A DNA stretch of 20,282 nucleotides from positions 1-20,282 of the forward strand of contig NZ_JBHSTI010000044.1 in assembly GCF_042660085.1 (NCBI RefSeq), read 5' to 3'. The notes beneath the pieces were generated by a model. It worked only from the letters and a program-made list of their open reading frames with translations, did no database searches and was not told the DNA's origin. Of the stretch, positions 1-6,025 are shown in pieces; position 1 is the stretch's first letter, and every line of letters starts with the position of its first letter. The position numbers and the translations under genes were made by a program. This DNA is from Longivirga aurantiaca. GTDB taxonomy: Bacteria > Actinomycetota > Actinomycetes > S36-B12 > CAIYMF01.

Positions 1-92
1 ACCACGTCCAGCGACGGGTTCGTGCGACGCGCGGCCGACGCGGCCGACATACCGGCCGCGCCTCCGCCGATGACGACCATCCGCTCCGACAT
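1..92 (-). CDS. FAD-dependent pyridine nucleotide-disulfide oxidoreductase, first ~30 codons only (CoA-disulfide reductase / NADH oxidase-like); gene continues beyond the left edge
   Basis: Reverse-strand reading from ATG at 92 (alternative ATG at 80) gives MSERMVVIGGGAAGMSAASAARRTNPSLDVV. This is a beta-strand plus GxGxxG dinucleotide-binding motif at the extreme N-terminus, typical of CoADR/Nox-type flavoproteins. It is open-ended and so absent from the ORF track. Confidence 0.6.
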   Translation of the reverse strand, partial: MSERMVVIGGGAAGMSAASAARRTNPSLDV

Positions 93-202
93 GCGCCGAA
101 CGCTAGGAGTGCGGTGGCTCGGTCACTACGTCCTGGACCACCCAAGGTCGGGCGAATCCCTGTCGCCCGGGGACAGTGGGTCCTTCCTGTCTGGTGCCGG
201 GC

Positions 203-246
203 ACACGACTGCGGCGGGTGTCGAAGGACACCCGCCGCAGTCGTGT
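203..246 (-). terminator. Perfect 20-bp stem / 4-nt loop hairpin, candidate factor-independent terminator without U-tract, downstream of the transferase/zinc-ribbon pair
   Basis: 203-222 ACACGACTGCGGCGGGTGTC is the exact reverse complement of 227-246, with loop GAAG. It lies 13 nt downstream (minus sense) of the stop at 259. No U-rich tail follows, as is common in high-GC actinobacteria. Confidence 0.5.
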
Positions 247-258
247 TCGTGGAGCTCG

Positions 259-447
259 TCAGCCGCACCCGCAGCCGCAGGTGGAACCGCCCGTGGTGAA
301 CGGGCCGCCCTCCTGGACGTCGATGGGTGCCGCATCACGGCTTCCGCACGCCGAGCAGATCCACACCGACGGCACGCGTGCACCCTCCATGACGAGGGAG
401 CGGAACGCGTGCCCGCAGGCGGGGCAGCTCAGCGTCCAGACCGCCAT
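259..447 (-). CDS. 62-aa zinc-ribbon protein with C-terminal CGCGCG tail (hypothetical)
   Basis: This is the C-terminal part of track ORF 259..1119. ATG at 447 lies 5 nt after the upstream TGA (453-455). Product: MAVWTLSCPACGHAFRSLVMEGARVPSVWICSACGSRDAAPIDVQEGGPFTTGGSTCGCGCG, with two CxxC pairs (zinc-ribbon pattern) and high third-position GC. Confidence 0.55.
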   Translation of the reverse strand: MAVWTLSCPACGHAFRSLVMEGARVPSVWICSACGSRDAAPIDVQEGGPFTTGGSTCGCGCG

Positions 448-452
448 CCCAA

Positions 453-1562
453 TCAGCCGCCGAGCTTCTTGCGGGCGAGCTCGGTGCCGGCCGCCAGCGC
501 GTGCAGCTTGTCGATGGCGATGTAGCGCTGGAGCAGGATCAGACCGCAGTCGGTCGTGACGCCCAGGCGCTCCGGCGGCACGTACTCCGCCAGGCGCATG
601 ATGCGGTCGCAGACCTCCTCGGCCGTCTCGGTGATCGTCGACTTCACGTCGATCACGCCGGCCCAGAACATCACGTTGTCCGGGAGCGGGTGCTCCTTGA
701 GCACGTCGAGTCCGGAGAGGTCGTCCGAGCGGCGCCCGCAGTTCTCGAGGTTGAGGACGTTGATGTTCGCCTCGTAGGACTTCGGCACCACGGACGAGGT
801 CGCCGTGGGGGCCGCGCCCTTGCGCTGGGTGAGGTCGAAGATCTCGCCCGACTCCGCCGTCTCGTCCGGGTAGTACGCCGGCGTACCGCCCCAGTTGCCC
901 CAGCAGACGTGCACGATGATCTGCGCGTTCTTGACGCCCTGGACGGCGCGGTTGAACGCCTCGATCGCCCAGTCCTCGTAGAAGTAGGGCCAGGTGAACT
1001 CGTCGAGCTGGATGAAGTCGATGCCCATCGCGTCGACCTCGAGGATGTCCTCGTTGATCGCCGCGGCCATCGCCATCGCCCGGTCGCGCGGGTTGTCGTA
1101 GTACAGGTCGTTGGTGCACTGGGCCAGCACCTGGATGCCCGTGTACTGGATCTTGGTCGGCTTGTTCGTCGCCTTCTTCAGCGCGCGGGCCTGCTCGACC
1201 ATGATCCCGCCGCGGCGCTTGATCTCCTGCGTCACGGTGCCGGCGTGCAGTCGGCTGTAGATGGGGAACCCGAGGTGGCCGCCCTTGAGGTCGTACCCCA
1301 GCCGCTTCATGTAGTAGTAGACCGCTGCGTCCGCGTAGTTGTCGCCGTGCAGACGACCGTCCGAGATGATGTCCAGCCCGGCGCTCTCCTGGTCGTGCGC
1401 GATCGACGAGATGGCGTCCTCGAACGCCTCGCGGATGAAGGCGTCCGGCGGCTCCTGGTCACCGCGCCAGTCGCGGGCGGGGCCTGCGTCCCACCACCGC
1501 GGGTTGGGGTAGTTCCCGACCATCGACGTCGGGATGAGGATCTCCTGGTCTCCGACTCTCAT
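453..1562 (-). CDS. etnE: Epoxyalkane:coenzyme M transferase (2-hydroxyalkyl-CoM lyase), MetE-like zinc enzyme
   Basis: Cobalamin-independent methionine-synthase-fold protein of about 369 aa with zinc-ligand motifs IIVHVCWGNWGG (H-x-C) and VTTDCGL. Overall similarity as I recall it to XecA/EtnE (MVGNYPNPRWW..., DIISDG, IQLDEFTWPYF). I chose ATG at 1562 because GAGGAG (1576-1571) sits 8 nt upstream. The track's GTG at 1571 overlaps that RBS. Confidence 0.88.
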   Translation of the reverse strand: MRVGDQEILIPTSMVGNYPNPRWWDAGPARDWRGDQEPPDAFIREAFEDAISSIAHDQESAGLDIISDGRLHGDNYADAAVYYYMKRLGYDLKGGHLGFPIYSRLHAGTVTQEIKRRGGIMVEQARALKKATNKPTKIQYTGIQVLAQCTNDLYYDNPRDRAMAMAAAINEDILEVDAMGIDFIQLDEFTWPYFYEDWAIEAFNRAVQGVKNAQIIVHVCWGNWGGTPAYYPDETAESGEIFDLTQRKGAAPTATSSVVPKSYEANINVLNLENCGRRSDDLSGLDVLKEHPLPDNVMFWAGVIDVKSTITETAEEVCDRIMRLAEYVPPERLGVTTDCGLILLQRYIAIDKLHALAAGTELARKKLGG

Positions 1563-1846
1563 TGCATGCACTCCTCGGTCTTTGCCGGACCGCCGCTCGG
1601 GCGTCTCGGGCGACTGGGGTGGGGCTGACGGTCCGGAGGGTGAGCAGGAGCTCCCGTTCGAGGTGACCGTCCGACCGGAACGTAGACCGCACAGGCATGC
1701 GTCAGCCGCGTGCGCACGGGCCAGAGTCCGGCGCGGATTTCGTCCTGCTGGGCCAGGACACCTGGGCAGGGGAGCGCGTGATACTCGCCCTGCCGCGACG
1801 CGGCTGCACCTCGGGCAGCCGCCGCACCGGGGTCGGAGGAGGACGC
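1563..1846. promoter_or_regulatory. Divergent intergenic control region between the transferase gene and comA
   Basis: 284 nt of non-coding spacer between two divergently oriented starts, so it must hold both promoters. No convincing -10/-35 or operator could be assigned by eye. Confidence 0.4.
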
Positions 1847-2701
1847 GTGTCGACGCAGATCGGTCCAGGGTTCCTCTCGCTCCCTCCTCGGTCCCACAAG
1901 CCGCGCGTCGACGGCCTCACGCACGTGCTCGACAAGGGCCTCTCGATGGTCGGCCTCGAGTCGCTGCTGGCAGCGGCGGGCGACTCGGTCGACATCATCA
2001 AGCTGGGGTGGGGCACGGCGTACGTGTCGGACGGCGTCAAGGCGAAGGTCCGCGTCGCGCGCGCGGCCGGGGTGCACATGTGCCCGGGCGGCACGCTCCT
2101 GGAGATCTGCGACCGGCAGGGCCGCGTCGAGGACTACGCGCGGTGGATGCACCGGCTCGGGATCACCCACGTCGAGGTCTCCAACGGTGCCCTCGGCATG
2201 GAGGCGTCGCACAAGCGCGAGCTCATCCGCCGGCTGGCGCAGGAGTTCACCGTGCTCTCCGAGTGCGGCTCCAAGGATCCCGGCGTCGATGTCGTCGCCG
2301 ACGCCTGGGTCGAGGAGATGTCCGGCGATCTCGAGGCGGGTGCGTCGTTGCTGATCGCGGAGGCGCGCGAGAGCGGCACCGTCGGCCTCTACGAGCCCAA
2401 CGGCGAGGTGCGGGCCGAGCTGGTCGAGGCGATCGTGACCGCGCTCCCGCCCGGGCTCGTGATCTTCGAGGCACCGCGCAAGGACCAGCAGGCGTGGTTC
2501 GTGCGCCGGCTCGGCGCGGTCGCCAACCTCGGCAACATCCCGACCGACGAGGTGATCGCTCTCGAGACCCTGCGCCTCGGCCTGCGGTCCGACACCCTCG
2601 ACCTGCTGCCCGACGTCCCCCTCGACCAGGGACCGACCTCACCCGGCATCCGGTCGGACAAGGCGACCCACCTCACCCACGCGAGGCCGGCGACCGCCTG
2701 A
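1847..2701 (+). CDS. comA: (2R)-phospho-3-sulfolactate synthase (ComA / XcbB-type), first step of CoM biosynthesis
   Basis: GTG at 1847 is preceded by GGAGGAGGA (1835-1843). Product contains LPPRSHKPRVDGLTHVLDKG, DIIKLGWGT, VEVSNG, EARESGT, FEAPRKDQQ and NLGNIPTDEVIALETLRLGLRSDT, which match ComA/YitD family blocks. The track ORF start at 1697 is rejected as an upstream extension. Confidence 0.9.
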   Translation: MSTQIGPGFLSLPPRSHKPRVDGLTHVLDKGLSMVGLESLLAAAGDSVDIIKLGWGTAYVSDGVKAKVRVARAAGVHMCPGGTLLEICDRQGRVEDYARWMHRLGITHVEVSNGALGMEASHKRELIRRLAQEFTVLSECGSKDPGVDVVADAWVEEMSGDLEAGASLLIAEARESGTVGLYEPNGEVRAELVEAIVTALPPGLVIFEAPRKDQQAWFVRRLGAVANLGNIPTDEVIALETLRLGLRSDTLDLLPDVPLDQGPTSPGIRSDKATHLTHARPATA

Positions 2702-2737
2702 TCCGGGCGGCTGACGGGCCCGTGCGCGACCGTCGGC

Positions 2738-3700
2738 TCAGACGGTGAACAGGGTCGGTGCGCCACCGCTCACGAGGAACACCACCGGGCCTTCGACGGC
2801 GCCGTCGCGCGCCCGGGCCAGCAGGCCGGCCATGGCCTTGGCCGCGAACACCGGGTCGAGGAACACGCCCTCGGTGCGGGCCACGAGCTCTGCGGCCTCG
2901 TCACCCTCGGGTGAGCGGACTCCCTTGGCGGGGCCGAGGAAGCCGTCGACGATGTTGACCTGCAGGTCGTCCGACGGTACGTCGATCAGCGCGCAGGCGT
3001 CGGCGGCGATCCGCCTGACGCGCTCCGCGCACTCCGTCGCCGGACGGCTGACCGTGACCCCCACGACCTCGTGGTCGAGCGCCAGCCAGGCCCGGCCCGC
3101 GACCAGGCCCGCCTGGGTGCCGCACGAACCCGTGGCGAGCCACAGCTGTCGCGGCTGCAGCCCGGCCTCGCGCACCTGCGCGTCGATCTCCGCCGTGGCC
3201 TGCACGTAGCCCAGGGCGCCGAGCCCGGTGGCCCCACCGCGGTGCACGCCGTACGGGGTGAGGCCTTCGGCCCGAAGCCGCTCGCACATGTCGTCGACGC
3301 CGCGATCGGCGGAGGCGCGGTCGTTGTCGCCGGTGAAGTGCAGGCGCGCACCGGCGAGCAGCGCGAGCGCGTGATTGCCCACGGGGCCCTCGCGGGGCGG
3401 GTCGCCGAAGCTCACGAGGGTGGAGCCGAGGCCGCGCGTGCGCGCCGCGAGCGCGGCGAGCATCGCCCAGTTGCTCTGCGGCCCCCCGGCCGTGACGAGA
3501 TGGTCGCAGCCCTGCGCCAACGCGTCGGCGAGCAGGTACTCCAGACCGCGCACCTTGTTGCCGCCGAGACCGAGGCCCGTCAGGTCGTCCCGCTTGAACC
3601 AGACCTCGACGCCGATCCGGTCGGACAGCCGGGGGGCCGGATGCAGCGGGGTGGGGAGGGTCGCGAGCCGGACTCGGGCGACGTCCGCGAGATCGGCCAT
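2738..3700 (-). CDS. PLP-dependent enzyme of the ACC deaminase / D-cysteine desulfhydrase family (XcbE-like, CoM biosynthesis)
   Basis: MADLADVARVRLATLPTPLHPAPRLSDRIGVEVWFKRDDLTGLGLGGNKVRGLEYLL... carries the GGNK PLP-lysine block and the SNW/TxGS-type motifs of fold-type II PLP enzymes. ATG at 3700 lies 2 nt after the upstream TGA (3703-3705). The 453-aa track version is an artefactual N-terminal extension. Confidence 0.85.
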   Translation of the reverse strand: MADLADVARVRLATLPTPLHPAPRLSDRIGVEVWFKRDDLTGLGLGGNKVRGLEYLLADALAQGCDHLVTAGGPQSNWAMLAALAARTRGLGSTLVSFGDPPREGPVGNHALALLAGARLHFTGDNDRASADRGVDDMCERLRAEGLTPYGVHRGGATGLGALGYVQATAEIDAQVREAGLQPRQLWLATGSCGTQAGLVAGRAWLALDHEVVGVTVSRPATECAERVRRIAADACALIDVPSDDLQVNIVDGFLGPAKGVRSPEGDEAAELVARTEGVFLDPVFAAKAMAGLLARARDGAVEGPVVFLVSGGAPTLFTV

Positions 3701-3702
3701 GG

Positions 3703-5061
3703 TCACCCCGTCGCGGCGTGCGGCGCGAGGACCCGATCGACGAACGCACCCGTGGCGCCCAGCGCGGCCCGAGGGTCGAGCGCGGCGGCGAGATCCTCCT
3801 CCGACAGCCCGGACGGCCCGACGAGACCCGCCTGCCGCAGCGCCGTCGCAAGATCCACCTGCTGCTCGACGCCGGCCATCGTCGCGGCGTACACCTGCTC
3901 GTGCGCGACGTGCTTGCCGAGGCGACCCGCGAGGAGCCGCATGACCGGCTCGGACATGGGATACCCGCGCTGCGCGTCGAGGTTGGCGCGCATGCGGGGC
4001 TCGTTCACCTGCAGCCCCTCGAGCAGGCGTCCGGCGAACGAGAGCGCAGCGCCGGTGAGGAGACAGGCTTCCGGCAGCCAGAGCCACTCCGCCTTCCACC
4101 CACGTCCGTCGCGCTCGTGCAGCGCCACGAGCCCCTCGAGCGCGGTGCCGGCGTCCGCACGGACGCAGCGCGCCAGCGTGTCGAGGTGCTCGGCCAGCTC
4201 GGGGTTCCGCTTGTGCGGCATGGTGATGCTGCCGACCTGGCCCGGGGTGAACGGCTCGGCCAGCTCACCGATCTCCGGCCGCTGCAGCTCGTAGATCTCG
4301 TTGCCGATCTTGCCGAGAGTCCCCGTGACCATGGCGAGGAGCGTCGCGAACTCCGCAAGCCGGTCCCGGGCCGTGAGCCACGGCATGTCCGGCACGCCGA
4401 GCCCGAGCTGGTAGGCGAAGTCGTCGAGGAGCCCCGGGCCCTGCTCGCCCCAGAACTCGAGGGTTCCGAGGGCACCTCCGAGCTGCGCGACCTGCAGGCG
4501 CGGGCGTGCCTCGGCCAGCCGGACGAGGTGGCGGTCGAGCTCTCCCACCCAGACGGCGGCCTTGTAGCCGAAGGTGATCGGCAGGCCCGGCTGGCCGTGG
4601 GTGCGCCCGCACATCAGGGTGTCGCGGTGCCGGCGTGCGAGGGCGACGGCGGCGTCGCGGCAACGGGCGACGTCGCGCTCGACGATGTCGAGGACGTCGC
4701 GCATGACGAGCGCGAACCAGGTGTCGGTCACATCCTGGACGGTGGGGCCGACGTAGACCCACTCCGCGCACGACGGCGGCAGGACGTCGCGCAGCACGCG
4801 GATCAGCCCGAGCGTGGAGTGCCCGGTGGCCCGGGTCTCGGCGGCCACCCGCTCGAGGTCGAGCAGCTCCACGCGTGCGTGCCGGGCGATCTCCTCGGCC
4901 GCCTCGGCCGGGACGATCCCGTGCGCGGCCTGCGCCCGCGCGAGCGCCACGAGGATGTCGAGCCACCGCGCCGTGCGCCCCTCGTCGTCGAGCAGGGCCC
5001 GGACCTCGTCGGTCGACCAGAGGTGACGGTAGACGGCGGAGTCCGGGGGCAGCGCCGTCAT
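3703..5061 (-). CDS. Aspartase/fumarase-superfamily lyase, adenylosuccinate lyase / carboxymuconate cycloisomerase-like (XcbC-like candidate)
   Basis: 452 aa with the superfamily signature GSITMPHKRNP and typical N-terminal helices (VYRHLWSTDEVRALL...LDILVALARAQAAHGIVP). ATG at 5061 overlaps the upstream stop as ATGA (5058-5061). Confidence 0.85.
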   Translation of the reverse strand: MTALPPDSAVYRHLWSTDEVRALLDDEGRTARWLDILVALARAQAAHGIVPAEAAEEIARHARVELLDLERVAAETRATGHSTLGLIRVLRDVLPPSCAEWVYVGPTVQDVTDTWFALVMRDVLDIVERDVARCRDAAVALARRHRDTLMCGRTHGQPGLPITFGYKAAVWVGELDRHLVRLAEARPRLQVAQLGGALGTLEFWGEQGPGLLDDFAYQLGLGVPDMPWLTARDRLAEFATLLAMVTGTLGKIGNEIYELQRPEIGELAEPFTPGQVGSITMPHKRNPELAEHLDTLARCVRADAGTALEGLVALHERDGRGWKAEWLWLPEACLLTGAALSFAGRLLEGLQVNEPRMRANLDAQRGYPMSEPVMRLLAGRLGKHVAHEQVYAATMAGVEQQVDLATALRQAGLVGPSGLSEEDLAAALDPRAALGATGAFVDRVLAPHAATG

Positions 5062-6017
5062 CGGCGGCCCCCCTCCAGCACGGGGTCGACGGTCGACGGG
5101 CCCGCAGCCGAGGGCGAGACGCCCTGCACGGCCTCGGGCGCCAGCGGCAGCAGCATGTGCCGCAGACCCTCGCGCACCTCGTCCAGGTTCGTGCCCCAGG
5201 GCACGACCGCGCGGGTGGCGTCGACCTCCAGCCCGCGTTCGATGAGGCAGCACTTCGAGAGGGTGAGCTCGCCCGGTGCCGCGGGCTCGGCCTCGGCGCG
5301 CTTGCGGGGGCAGAGCTCGACGCGCGGCGGCTCGTCGCCGTAGAAGTGCCGGTGGAACTGCAGCGAGCGCTCGCAGCCGATGAGGGTCCAGTCGCCGCGC
5401 TCTGCCGGCCGGGTGTCGAGGAACGAGACGGGAGCGCCGAGCTCGGTGCCCGAACCGCGGCACGGCAGGAGGTACCCGGCAGCGGGGTTGGCCGCCGCGA
5501 GGTCGTGCACGTCGACGGCGTCGAGCACGAGGTTCACCGGTGGCAGGTCCTCGTCGTAGGCGATCACCTGCTGCGCCTGCGCGAAGAGCTTGGGCGGGTA
5601 GGGCGGCACGACCTCGGTGACCCTGACCGTGATGGGGGCGGGCTCCCAGAGGAAGTTGACGTGCTCGAACCGGCCGAGCACCACGGTCACCCGAGCACCG
5701 GGGACCGCTGCGGCAGCCAGCGACGTCGCGTTGCCGACGTCGGTCTCCGGGCTCTCGACCCAGGCCGTCTCGTCCGGTCCGGCGAGCAGCCGGGCCTCGA
5801 CCACGGGCGAGAACAGCGGCTCCAGGCTCTCCTTGCGCACGGCTACGAGCGCCGTGGCGCCGTGGGACCGCAGCGCGAGGTAGTCGGTGCGCCGGTACAC
5901 CTCGCGGCCGAGGAGGTAGTCGAGCACGGCCTCCTCGGTCAGCGGGAAGTCGACCTCCTGGACCGACAGCCCGCGGTAGGGGTTCGCCCGGGTGTTCGGT
6001 GCAGGCGTGGGGATCAC
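5058..6017 (-). CDS. Hypothetical 319-aa protein, Cys-rich C-terminal half, no family recognised
   Basis: GTG at 6017 is preceded by AGGAG, which overlaps the upstream TAG stop (TAGGAGCCCTCGTG). The stop overlaps the next start (ATGA). Composition is plausible and third-position GC is high. Five Cys (C186, C215, C236, C256, C257) and HRH (222-224) fall within about 70 residues. Confidence 0.7.
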   Translation of the reverse strand: MIPTPAPNTRANPYRGLSVQEVDFPLTEEAVLDYLLGREVYRRTDYLALRSHGATALVAVRKESLEPLFSPVVEARLLAGPDETAWVESPETDVGNATSLAAAAVPGARVTVVLGRFEHVNFLWEPAPITVRVTEVVPPYPPKLFAQAQQVIAYDEDLPPVNLVLDAVDVHDLAAANPAAGYLLPCRGSGTELGAPVSFLDTRPAERGDWTLIGCERSLQFHRHFYGDEPPRVELCPRKRAEAEPAAPGELTLSKCCLIERGLEVDATRAVVPWGTNLDEVREGLRHMLLPLAPEAVQGVSPSAAGPSTVDPVLEGGRR

Positions 6018-6025
6018 GAGGGCTC

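Noticed and set aside
501-1628. 375-aa plus-strand ORF antisense to the transferase gene. The same applies to similar long ORFs: 1534..2748 (+), 3071..4294 (+), 3718..5343 (+), 4875..6029 (+), 5999..7948 (+), 7041..9524 (+), 7555..9888 (-), 10233..11768 (-), 14099..15457 (-), 15250..16299 (+), 16224..17399 (-) and 18665..19546 (-).
   Set aside because: Their translations are Arg/Pro/Gly/Ala/His-rich low-complexity strings with no motifs. Each overlaps a gene with clear family signatures in another frame. These are the typical shadow ORFs of stop-poor high-GC DNA.
1755-1785. Possible sigma-70-like promoter AGGACA-N19-GATACT upstream of comA.
   Set aside because: The spacer is too long, and GATACT does not satisfy the actinobacterial TANNNT consensus. 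There is not enough support to report it as a feature.
2710-2737. Possible hairpin (GCTGACGG / CCGTCGGC with one G-U pair, 12-nt loop) between the convergent comA and the PLP-enzyme gene.
   Set aside because: It is short, imperfect and has a large loop. In this GC content it is indistinguishable from chance.
2738-4099. Long N-terminal extensions in the ORF track: 453-aa PLP enzyme, 586-aa lyase, 598-aa flavoprotein, 548-aa lyase, 718-aa permease, 513-aa dehydrogenase, 388-aa DUF2236 protein, and ComA from 1697.
   Set aside because: The extensions are Arg/Pro-rich, overlap the upstream gene or intergenic DNA, and precede internal starts. Those internal starts have good Shine-Dalgarno spacing and match the expected family N-termini and lengths.
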